A stretch of 64,000 nt of DNA from Melioribacteraceae bacterium (lineage in GTDB: Bacteria > Bacteroidota > Ignavibacteria > Ignavibacteriales > Melioribacteraceae): positions 4,089 to 68,088 of the forward strand of contig JBBAAM010000007.1 in assembly GCA_041658245.1 (NCBI GenBank), in the 5' to 3' direction. The notes under the pieces are model-generated. The model searched no databases and was not told the DNA's origin. It was given only the letters and a program-made list of their open reading frames with translations. The translations under genes and the position numbers were made by a program. Position 1 is the stretch's first letter; the number at the start of each line of letters is the position of its first letter. Shown here one piece after another: positions 1 to 7,616 of this stretch.

Positions 1-35
1 GTTTAGGTTTATTTCTTTCCCTCCGCCAATCTTAA

Positions 36-680
36 TTAATAGCATTGAATCTCCGTTAATGAATTATTTTGAATCGGTACCCAATCATTTTCATCTGATA
101 ATTTTTCTGAACAGACAATTAACATGTTATCATTTTTTTTAAGCTTCATTGTAAAGTAGTCGTCATCTTCGTTGAAATGGGAATAGACATAAGCTGATCT
201 CTCGTCTGTCAGAATTATATTCATAGCACGGATATAATTAGATTTATTTTTTATGATCTCTGCCCCTTTGCTTAAAGCGTCTTTGATGTTACCTTTATCA
301 AATCTTTTTATATAATTGAAAATTTTTTCCGCACCGATCTTCCCTTCTTCCTTTATTTTTACGCCTCTAAGTTCGCCGTTAAAAATAAAAATATACTTGT
401 CATTATAGAACGGCATATTATTTTCGACAACTATACCTTCATCTTTGAATGCACTTCTGGCATGTGCAATCAAGCGGTTTGATTCACTGAATTGCGAAAG
501 ATCATCTTCCCAAATCGGTTTTACATTTTTATAATAATTCCATTTTCCATTTTGAAAATATGCACACCCCCAGCCGTGTCCTTGAAACTCTTTACTATTC
601 TTGGAAATCTCTGCAAACTTGTTAAGATACTCTGCACATGAAAATCTATTTTTTGAATTAACGTAAAGTAATCTGCACAT
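36..680 (-). CDS. Standalone class-II (Ntn-type) glutamine amidotransferase-like hydrolase (YafJ/EgtC-like)
   Basis: N-terminus MCRLL places Cys2 as the nucleophile after Met removal. HARSA...NNMPF motifs fit the GATase-2 fold. No synthase domain is fused. It is the last gene of the lysW-lysY string. Confidence 0.7.
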   Translation of the reverse strand: MCRLLYVNSKNRFSCAEYLNKFAEISKNSKEFQGHGWGCAYFQNGKWNYYKNVKPIWEDDLSQFSESNRLIAHARSAFKDEGIVVENNMPFYNDKYIFIFNGELRGVKIKEEGKIGAEKIFNYIKRFDKGNIKDALSKGAEIIKNKSNYIRAMNIILTDERSAYVYSHFNEDDDYFTMKLKKNDNMLIVCSEKLSDENDWVPIQNNSLTEIQCY

Positions 681-699
681 ATTTCAAATCTTGCTCATG

Positions 700-758
700 C
701 TCTTACTCATAATCTTAATCTCTGTTGAGTAAGAGTAAGATTATGATTAAGAGTAAGA
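700..758 (-). promoter_or_regulatory. Intergenic repeat / alternative stem-loop element between lysY and the GATase-like gene
   Basis: CTCTTACTC (700-708) can pair with GAGTAAGAG (727-735) or GAGTAAGA (751-758). TCATAATCTTA (707-717) pairs perfectly with TAAGATTATGA (736-746). GAGTAAGA occurs three times. No T-run follows. Confidence 0.3.
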
Positions 759-761
759 TTT

Positions 762-1805
762 TTAGATAGGATGAAGCCCCGGAAATTCTAATCCGGTTCG
801 TTCATCAAAACCATTCATTAAATTAAATGCTTGAAGCGCCTGTCCTGCAGCGCCTTTCATTAAATTATCAATCGCACTTATAACAACAAGGCGATTAGAA
901 AACTCATCTTTCTTAAATCCAATATCGCAATAATTTGTGCCGATCAATAATTTCGGTTCTGGATAACGGTAAATACCTTCACTCTCTTTAACAATCCTAA
1001 TGAACGGCTCATTACCGTATGCATCGCGGTAAACTTTCCAAATATCTTTTTCTTGAAGATCGTTTTTCAAAAAAACATGACAAGTAGCAAGCAGCCCGCG
1101 AACCATATCTATCGCAGTTGCAGAAAAGTGAATTGTAAGTTTTTGTCCGAATGAAAGCTCTTGAAGCATCTCGGCCGTATGACGGTGCTGAGTCGGCTGA
1201 TAAGAACGTACAACATTAGCCCTTTCCGGATGATGCGATCCTTCGTTTCCTTTATTACCCCCTTCACTTGATCCTACTTTAACTTCGATTACAGTTCTAT
1301 CTAATTCAACTAAATTATTTTTATAAAGCGGATATAAACCAAGTATGCTTGCTGTAGCATTACATCCTGCACTCGAAATATAATTTGCTTTTTTCATCTC
1401 TTCGCGGTGAAGCTCGGGAATACCATAAACAAATTCGTTCAGTAAATCGGGACGGGCATGTTTATGTCCGTACCATTTTTCATATTCGTTAGCATCTTTT
1501 AAGCGAAAGTCGGCACTGAGATCAATAATTTTTGGCGCTAAATTTTTATATTCATCAATTTTATTTTGGGATCTGTTATGAGGCAAACATAAGAATAATA
1601 GATCGCACGGCTGCATCTCGTTTGCCGAAGTGAATTTAAGCATTGTAGTTTTACGTAAGTTTGGATGGATCTTGTAAACAAATTTTCCGGTATAGCTTTC
1701 AGATGTAACTTGATTTACTTCAACATTAGGATGAAATAGTAAAAGTCTTAGTAACTCTCCACCTGTATAACCGGAAGCGCCAATGATCGAAACTTTTAAT
1801 TTCAT
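762..1805 (-). CDS. lysY: LysY/ArgC family reductase ([LysW]-aminoadipyl-phosphate / N-acetyl-gamma-glutamyl-phosphate reductase)
   Basis: N-terminal Rossmann motif [16 protein letters not shown] and active-site Cys context SSAGCNATA. ArgC-like length. 4-nt overlap with upstream lysX. Confidence 0.85.
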   Translation of the reverse strand: MKLKVSIIGASGYTGGELLRLLLFHPNVEVNQVTSESYTGKFVYKIHPNLRKTTMLKFTSANEMQPCDLLFLCLPHNRSQNKIDEYKNLAPKIIDLSADFRLKDANEYEKWYGHKHARPDLLNEFVYGIPELHREEMKKANYISSAGCNATASILGLYPLYKNNLVELDRTVIEVKVGSSEGGNKGNEGSHHPERANVVRSYQPTQHRHTAEMLQELSFGQKLTIHFSATAIDMVRGLLATCHVFLKNDLQEKDIWKVYRDAYGNEPFIRIVKESEGIYRYPEPKLLIGTNYCDIGFKKDEFSNRLVVISAIDNLMKGAAGQALQAFNLMNGFDERTGLEFPGLHPI

Positions 1806-2650
1806 TTTCTACCTTCAGCAACTTGTAAAATATATTCAACCATTTTCTGTGGAATGTTTACTCCGGTTGTTGTGATACTGTTTTTATATTCCATTGTATA
1901 GTTCACTTCGTTAACCATCAATCCTTGTGCAGTTTCAAAAACATCTATTGCAACAATTCCTCCTCCTACAGCTTTTGCTGCTCGAATTGAGATATCATTT
2001 AATTCATCTGTAACGGGACAATTAGTTGCGACACCGCCTCGTGCTGTGTTTGTAATCCAGTGAGGAGAAGTTCTGTAAATAGCGGCAATACATTTATCAC
2101 CTACAACAAATGAACGGATATCTTTTCCTTTTTTCTCAACATACTTTTGTATGTAAAAGATCGAATGATGATATGAACCAAGAACTGCTTTATGTTCCAA
2201 GATTGCTTCTGCGGAATCACGGTCATTTACTTTTGAAAGCAATCTTCCCCAAGAACCTACAGCAGGTTTTAGAACTACGGGGTAACCCATCTCTTCAATT
2301 GTTTTAAGAGCAGATTCTTCTGTGAATGCTACTCTCACCTCCGGCTGTGGTACTTTATGGTCAGCTAATGCACATGAAGTTAAAAGTTTATCGCCGCAAA
2401 TGGTTGCTATACTATATGTGTTAACGCATTTAATTCCGGCTGATTCAAATAATTTCAATCCATGCAATGCTCTTGAGTGGTTGATACATCGTTCAACAAC
2501 AACATCAAGATCAAATTTATCTTTTCCGATATTAAATTTAATTTCACGATCATCTATCATTACTAATTCAAGTCCTTTTACTTTATTGAATTCATCAATA
2601 AGAAATTTTTCATCTTTTCTAATCAACGAATGAAGCATCCCGATTTTCAT
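1802..2650 (-). CDS. lysX: RimK-type ATP-grasp ligase, LysX/ArgX family
   Basis: 282-aa ATP-grasp protein ([17 protein letters not shown] motifs). It sits between a homocitrate-synthase-like gene and lysY, immediately downstream of lysW. Confidence 0.85.
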   Translation of the reverse strand: MKIGMLHSLIRKDEKFLIDEFNKVKGLELVMIDDREIKFNIGKDKFDLDVVVERCINHSRALHGLKLFESAGIKCVNTYSIATICGDKLLTSCALADHKVPQPEVRVAFTEESALKTIEEMGYPVVLKPAVGSWGRLLSKVNDRDSAEAILEHKAVLGSYHHSIFYIQKYVEKKGKDIRSFVVGDKCIAAIYRTSPHWITNTARGGVATNCPVTDELNDISIRAAKAVGGGIVAIDVFETAQGLMVNEVNYTMEYKNSITTTGVNIPQKMVEYILQVAEGRK

Positions 2651-2703
2651 TTTTACTCTCCTAATTCAAAATATTTTAAAAAGGCAGAACCGAGAAAATT
2701 ATC

Positions 2704-3870
2704 TCAGCTATTGAATGTCTTGTGATGTTTAACTGCATCAACGATATGTTTAAGTTCTGCAAGATCAACAGTACGACCGCGCTGACCAACTGATTTTACT
2801 TCTTTAAGAACATCCATTTGATGCGGTTCATCTAATGAGTTTTCATCAATCATTTTTAATGCATACCTCAAAGAAGCTATACCGGACATATGATCAAGCG
2901 AAAAATTTCTTGACCGTCCAAGAATTTCCGGATTCAAACTTTCATAGTGCATTGGATTGATTGAAGCCGCATGTGTATGAACGCCTGCACAATGCGTGAA
3001 AGCATTTTTCCCAGTGACCGGAAAGTTTGCTGGAATTGGAATCCCGGAGTGTTTACTAACTAAATCGTAAAGTTCAACTAGTTTTGAAAGATTCCATCTT
3101 GTTTCATTATAATCTACATTTAACACAACTAAAAGCGAAGCAAGATCAACTATACCTGCTCTTTCGCCCAAACCTAAAGCTGCTGCATCAATTATACTTG
3201 CACCGGCTCGATACGCATCTAATGCATTAGCAAGAGCTAAACCGCGATCGTTATGGCAATGTACAGCAATTCTTGGATGTAAATTTAATTTGTCTAATTC
3301 TTGAATCAATCGTGATATATAATCATACATACTTCTAGAAGTGCCTGGAACCATATAACCTGTTGTATCAGCAACACTAATAATATCTGCACCGGCTTCA
3401 ACAGCAGCAGCGGCAGCTTTAACAACATTTTCAAATTGAGAACGAACCGTGTCCTCAGGAGTGTAACGAATTAATAAATCCGGTTTCTGTGATTTTGCAT
3501 ATTTGATAACATCAGTAATTTGTTTGATGGCAGAATCAAGATCTTTTTTAAACACAGTACTTAAGCGTTCATCAGAGACACAATAAAAAATTCCAAGGAA
3601 TCCAACACCGCATTCAAGAGCAAGATCAACATCGCCCTGAAGTGAACGTGAGTGAGCACCAACTATTGCTTTGTATCCTTTTTGTGCAATTGATTTTACA
3701 GCGGCATGAATCTCCGGTGTAACCATCGGGTGACCTGATTCGATAATATCAATACCAATTTCCTCCAGCAGGCTTGCAATCGCAAGTTTTATATGTTTAT
3801 CAAAATAAACACCCGGAGTTTGTTCACCTTCACGCAAAGTTGAATCTAATACCCAGATCAACTTACTCAC
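2704..3870 (-). CDS. Homocitrate synthase / 2-isopropylmalate synthase family enzyme (short form, no LeuA regulatory domain)
   Basis: DRE-TIM metallolyase motifs DSTLREGEQ and HCHNDRGLALANAL. 388 aa. GTG start overlaps the lysW stop (GGTGAGTAA). Confidence 0.75.
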   Translation of the reverse strand: MSKLIWVLDSTLREGEQTPGVYFDKHIKLAIASLLEEIGIDIIESGHPMVTPEIHAAVKSIAQKGYKAIVGAHSRSLQGDVDLALECGVGFLGIFYCVSDERLSTVFKKDLDSAIKQITDVIKYAKSQKPDLLIRYTPEDTVRSQFENVVKAAAAAVEAGADIISVADTTGYMVPGTSRSMYDYISRLIQELDKLNLHPRIAVHCHNDRGLALANALDAYRAGASIIDAAALGLGERAGIVDLASLLVVLNVDYNETRWNLSKLVELYDLVSKHSGIPIPANFPVTGKNAFTHCAGVHTHAASINPMHYESLNPEILGRSRNFSLDHMSGIASLRYALKMIDENSLDEPHQMDVLKEVKSVGQRGRTVDLAELKHIVDAVKHHKTFNS

Positions 3871-4030
3871 CCCAGTCTTCTTCTTCTTGAGGAGCTTCTT
3901 TTACTTGAGGAGGATTGACAGATACGACCTCCAGTTCAGTTCCGCAATCGGGGCACTCAATTAACTCACCTTGAACTGCATCAGAAGCTAATTCGATCTG
4001 CACTCCGCATACCGGGCATTCTGTTTTCAT
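3863..4030 (-). CDS. lysW: LysW amino-group carrier protein (55 aa, absent from ORF track)
   Basis: Manual translation: MKTECPVCGVQIELASDAVQGELIECPDCGTELEVVSVNPPQVKEAPQEEEDWGE. Two CxxC pairs (zinc ribbon) and an acidic tail ending EDWGE. AAGGAAG lies 5 nt upstream of the ATG. Confidence 0.85.
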   Translation of the reverse strand: MKTECPVCGVQIELASDAVQGELIECPDCGTELEVVSVNPPQVKEAPQEEEDWGE

Positions 4031-4058
4031 TTTACTTCCTTCAATTTATAAAGTGTTG

Positions 4059-4089
4059 CAAAACTATGAAACTAATTTTTTCAATGCAA
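4059..4089 (-). promoter_or_regulatory. Candidate Bacteroidetes-type promoter for the lysW operon (TTG - 20 nt - TAGTTTTG)
   Basis: The minus strand reads cattgcaTTGaaaaaattagtttcaTAGTTTTG. TAGTTTTG fits the TAnnTTTG -7 motif and ends about 29 nt before the lysW ATG. Motif match only. Confidence 0.25.
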
Positions 4090-4157
4090 TGATTTTGATG
4101 TGAGATTAAAAAAAATTAATCAGAAGGGTTGAGAGGTAAATTTTAACAAATTGATAA

Positions 4158-4173
4158 ATGAATAATTATTCAT
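4158..4173. promoter_or_regulatory. ARG-box-like perfect palindrome (candidate ArgR operator)
   Basis: ATGAATAATTATTCAT is a perfect 16-bp palindrome. With its flanks, aaTGAATaattATTCAta matches wnTGAATwwwwATTCAnw at every specified position. It lies 128-143 nt upstream of the lysW ATG. Confidence 0.45.
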
Positions 4174-4222
4174 AATGATGCAAGAAGATGCAGAGCAGAT
4201 TTCGGCAGTCAGTTATCAGCTT

Positions 4223-5485
4223 TCAGCTTTTTGTTTTCGGTTGAATGGCAATACCTGAAAAGTTATTTTCGGTTGATATTAGTTTTTTCATCCAATCATT
4301 TTTGACTACATCATATTCTTGTTTGTATTTTTTACCAACCGGACCGGATGATTGATATTTTTCTCTTAATGGATTTACCTGTCTTCCGTTTTTCCAAAAA
4401 CGAAAACATACATGCGGACCGTTTGCTAGCCCGGTGCTTCCGACATAACCAATAACTTGACCTTGAGAAACTGAAACTCCGCGGTGAATTCCTTTTGCAA
4501 AACGCGACATGTGTAAATATTGGGTTGTGTAAGTAGCGTTGTGTTTAACTTTGATATAATTTCCATTATCGCTTGTATAACTTGCTTCAATAACAACTCC
4601 GTTGCCGACTGTCATAATCGGTGTTCCAGTAGGAGCGGCGTAATCTGTTCCAAGGTGTGCTTTTGCTCTATGAAGTATTGGATGATAACGGTTCATGGAA
4701 TAACGCGAACTAATTCTGCTGTATTTCAGTGGCGCCTTCAAGAATAATCTTTTAAGACTATTCCCTTTTTCATCGAAATAGCTTTCGCCTTTTTCTTTAT
4801 CAAAGTAAAAAGCGAAATGATTTTCCTTATTGGAAAAGAAATTTGCAGCACGGATTTTTCCAACACCAACGGATTCTCCGTCAACAAGTATTTGCTCGTA
4901 AATAACTTTGAAACTGTCTGTAGGTTGAATTCTAAAGAAATCAATCTGCCATGCATAAATATCTTCCAGTCGTGCAGCAACTTGTAATTCAATATTTTTT
5001 TCTTGGAGTGTTTGATATAAAGAATTACTGATCACTCCTGAGACTGTTCTTTCTCTAATCGTAACCGGTTTTTGTTTTTTGTAAATATTAACAGAGTCGC
5101 CAATATCAAAAACAACATAGTTCACCGGATCCTGCACATAAACAAAATATTTAACTGTTTCTACAGAATCCCACTTTGCATAAACATACAATTCGTCATC
5201 GGCTCTAAATTTGCGAAGCGGAAATATATCGCGAGCCGCTTTTTCTATTTGATTGATTTTTTGCTGAGTTACTCCATGAGGGATCAAAATATCTGAAAGA
5301 GTTTGATCTGCATCTATTGTATCTCGTACTTCAATAAGGTTTGCAACACTTAGTCCAAATTGATTTGGTTTTAGTTCTTCGTTCTTAATTTTTTGTTCTT
5401 CACTCTTACAAGAATTGAGCGAAATTAAACCAATGGAGAGAAAAAATATTTGAGTATAAAAAAGAAACTTACTTCGCATTAGCAT
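4223..5485 (-). CDS. M23 (LytM-type) peptidoglycan metalloendopeptidase, secreted or lipoprotein
   Basis: Signal/lipobox-like N-terminus (LISLNSC). HLGTDYAAP (HxxxD) and a GSTGLANGPHVCF block, where the usual HxH reads HVC. Confidence 0.85.
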   Translation of the reverse strand: MLMRSKFLFYTQIFFLSIGLISLNSCKSEEQKIKNEELKPNQFGLSVANLIEVRDTIDADQTLSDILIPHGVTQQKINQIEKAARDIFPLRKFRADDELYVYAKWDSVETVKYFVYVQDPVNYVVFDIGDSVNIYKKQKPVTIRERTVSGVISNSLYQTLQEKNIELQVAARLEDIYAWQIDFFRIQPTDSFKVIYEQILVDGESVGVGKIRAANFFSNKENHFAFYFDKEKGESYFDEKGNSLKRLFLKAPLKYSRISSRYSMNRYHPILHRAKAHLGTDYAAPTGTPIMTVGNGVVIEASYTSDNGNYIKVKHNATYTTQYLHMSRFAKGIHRGVSVSQGQVIGYVGSTGLANGPHVCFRFWKNGRQVNPLREKYQSSGPVGKKYKQEYDVVKNDWMKKLISTENNFSGIAIQPKTKS

Positions 5486-5551
5486 CTTCTCGCATTAAAC
5501 CGAATAATGTTCCTTCAACATATTTGCAGTAAAGGAGGATATCGTTCGCGA

Positions 5552-5579
5552 GTATTTCAAAATGTATAATGCGGTTCAT
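5552..5579. repeat. Direct repeat copy A flanking methyltransferase 1
   Basis: GTATTTCAAAATGTATAATGCGGTTCAT matches 6544-6571 at 27 of 28 positions. Weaker similarity extends on both sides (tatcgttcg / tatcggttcg upstream; a T-rich tail downstream). Confidence 0.85.
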
Positions 5580-5593
5580 AGTATTATCCTTCT

Positions 5594-6436
5594 TCATAAT
5601 TGTTCTTTATTTATTTTTATTTCTTCATAAGTTTTTAATTCTTTAATCAGCTTCTCACCTTTGTATTCATCCGATAGCTTTAATCTCCTCAACCCAATCT
5701 TGATATAGTCTTCTTGCAGCTCGATAGAAATTGATTTACGACCAAGTTGCTGTGCTACATATGCAGTTGTAAAACTTCCTGCGAAAGGATCTAATACTGT
5801 ATCGCCAGGATTGGAACTTGCTTTGATTATTCTCTCCAATAGTGCGATTGGCTTTTGTGTAGGGTGGTTTTCATACTCATCCATTCTATAACGTACACGC
5901 GGAAATTCCCAAACATTACCGGGTACTTTTTTTGAATTATAAACTTGTGGTGGGTTTTTCCGGTAATCAATCAGCTTACGTTCAGCACCGGTTCTTGCAT
6001 CAACCAGAATTTCATCAATATTAAAAGTGTAATTATTTTTATCCTTAACACAAAATAAAATTGGTTCATAGAGCGAGCCGTAATAATTTTTTGCTTGAAC
6101 ACCAGAGCTATCATAATACCAAACAATTCGAGAAAGAATATGTAACTTATCTCTTAAGAAAATATCAAAGTAAGGCATAAATTGTGTAGAAGTCATTACA
6201 TATAAACTTCCACTTGGTTTTAGTTTTTTGATGCAAAGCTGTAACCAAGTATATGACCACTCTAAGTAGTCTGAATCATTTTCCCATTTATCTTTATGCC
6301 CATTGAAATTCTTACCAATGTTATATGGCGGATCAATAAAAATTAAATCAACAGAAGAATCTTTGATTTCACTCGCAAGTGCATCAATTGCATTGCCGTG
6401 AATTATTTTATGATATTTATTATCAAATATTTCCAT
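5594..6436 (-). CDS. Orphan DNA methyltransferase, beta-class N6-adenine/N4-cytosine type (motif IV before motif I)
   Basis: IFIDPPYNIG (DPPY catalytic motif) is N-terminal. HPTQKP...VLDPFAGSFTT (AdoMet-binding FxGxG-like) is C-terminal. No endonuclease gene is adjacent. Confidence 0.85.
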   Translation of the reverse strand: MEIFDNKYHKIIHGNAIDALASEIKDSSVDLIFIDPPYNIGKNFNGHKDKWENDSDYLEWSYTWLQLCIKKLKPSGSLYVMTSTQFMPYFDIFLRDKLHILSRIVWYYDSSGVQAKNYYGSLYEPILFCVKDKNNYTFNIDEILVDARTGAERKLIDYRKNPPQVYNSKKVPGNVWEFPRVRYRMDEYENHPTQKPIALLERIIKASSNPGDTVLDPFAGSFTTAYVAQQLGRKSISIELQEDYIKIGLRRLKLSDEYKGEKLIKELKTYEEIKINKEQL

Positions 6437-6543
6437 AAATAAATTATGTAGTTAAAATTTATTACAAATGTGTCAGACAAAATCTATGAAAATCAATTGA
6501 GGTAGTAAACAAAAAAACACTTATCGGTTCGAACCTTTTATTC

Positions 6544-6571
6544 GTATTTCAAAATGTATAATGCTGTTCAT
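6544..6571. repeat. Direct repeat copy B flanking methyltransferase 1
   Basis: GTATTTCAAAATGTATAATGCTGTTCAT lies 992 bp from copy A. Like copy A, it begins about 13-15 nt after the stop codon of the upstream minus-strand gene. Confidence 0.85.
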
Positions 6572-6583
6572 TGTTTTTCTTTC

Positions 6584-7570
6584 TTAGATTAACTTTTTTA
6601 TTATCTCAACCGAATTAATACCTTCTGCTTCTGCTGAGAAGTTTGGAATAATACGGTGACGAAGAACCGGGATTAAAAACGATTTAACATCATCAATCGC
6701 CGGTGTAAATCGTCCTTCAATAACTGCTTTCGTTTTAGCTGCTAATATCAAATATTGAGAAGCGCGCGGACCGGCGCCCCAAGCAACGTGTTCTTTTATA
6801 AAACTATGTTGGTTTTTTGTTGTGGGCCGTGTGTTGTTCACAAAATTAACAGCAAATTCAATTACGTTTTCAGCAACCGGAACTCTTTTAATTAAATTTT
6901 GAAAATTGATCAGCTCACCTGAACTGAGTACTTTTTTTAATTCTGGTTTGTAATCACTGGTTGTTGATTTAATAATTTCTACTTCTTCCTTAAAGCTTGG
7001 ATAATCTAACCACAAATTGAACATGAAACGATCAAGTTGAGCTTCCGGTAAAGGATAAGTTCCTTCCTGCTCGATAGGATTTTGTGTAGCTAGTACAAAG
7101 AACGGTTCATCAAGTGTTCGTGTTACACCTGCGGCAGTTACTTTGTGTTCCTGCATTGCTTCAAGAAGAGCGCTTTGAGTTTTTGGCGGAGTTCGGTTGA
7201 TCTCATCAGCTAAAATAATATTAGCAAAAACAGGACCCTGAATAAATCTGAATATACGTTTCTTAGTAACGGGATCTTCATCAATAATTTCTGTGCCTGT
7301 TATATCGCTGGGCATTAAATCCGGTGTAAACTGAATTCGGCTGAATTTAAGATCGAGAACTTCCGAAAGTGTTTTAATCAATAAAGTTTTCGCGAGACCG
7401 GGAACACCTACAAGCAGACAGTGACCTCTAGATAGAAGACTAATAAGAAGATCATTAACAACTTGATCCTGACCAATAATTACTTTTGCAATCTCCTGTT
7501 TGATTTGTTTTACTGAATGAGCTAATTGCTCAACAGTCTGTACATCATTTGTGTTTTTTTGATCTAACAA
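6584..7570 (-). CDS. MoxR-family AAA+ ATPase
   Basis: Walker A GVPGLAKT, Walker B/sensor ILADEINRTPPKTQSALLEAMQE, and typical MoxR length and C-terminal lid. Confidence 0.9.
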   Translation of the reverse strand: MLDQKNTNDVQTVEQLAHSVKQIKQEIAKVIIGQDQVVNDLLISLLSRGHCLLVGVPGLAKTLLIKTLSEVLDLKFSRIQFTPDLMPSDITGTEIIDEDPVTKKRIFRFIQGPVFANIILADEINRTPPKTQSALLEAMQEHKVTAAGVTRTLDEPFFVLATQNPIEQEGTYPLPEAQLDRFMFNLWLDYPSFKEEVEIIKSTTSDYKPELKKVLSSGELINFQNLIKRVPVAENVIEFAVNFVNNTRPTTKNQHSFIKEHVAWGAGPRASQYLILAAKTKAVIEGRFTPAIDDVKSFLIPVLRHRIIPNFSAEAEGINSVEIIKKLI

Positions 7571-7616
7571 TATTTTTCCTATGATTATACTTTATTTAAT
7601 GAAAATATCTTTGTTT

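Noticed and set aside
4031-4222. Possible lysine (L-box) riboswitch or other leader RNA upstream of lysW
   Set aside because: I could not find the conserved L-box core segments or a convincing multi-stem architecture. The region is AT-rich, with only the ARG-box palindrome standing out.
4738-4992. Same-strand alternative-frame ORFs nested in larger genes (4738-4992, 13957-14181, 22469-22663, 38194-38382, 42242-42439, 46698-46892, 48669-48875)
   Set aside because: Each lies wholly inside a well-supported conserved gene in another frame. None has an independent motif or start signal.
5469-5579. Short minus-strand ORF MNRIIHFEILANDILLYCKYVEGTLFGLMREDANAK starting in repeat copy A; copy B gives a 16-aa version. 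Its start resembles the N-terminus of VOC/glyoxalase-family proteins (M..I.HFEI..D....FY...FG).
   Set aside because: At 36 and 16 codons it is too short and too weakly similar to call a pseudogene or a leader peptide. It is kept only as a note under the direct-repeat finding.
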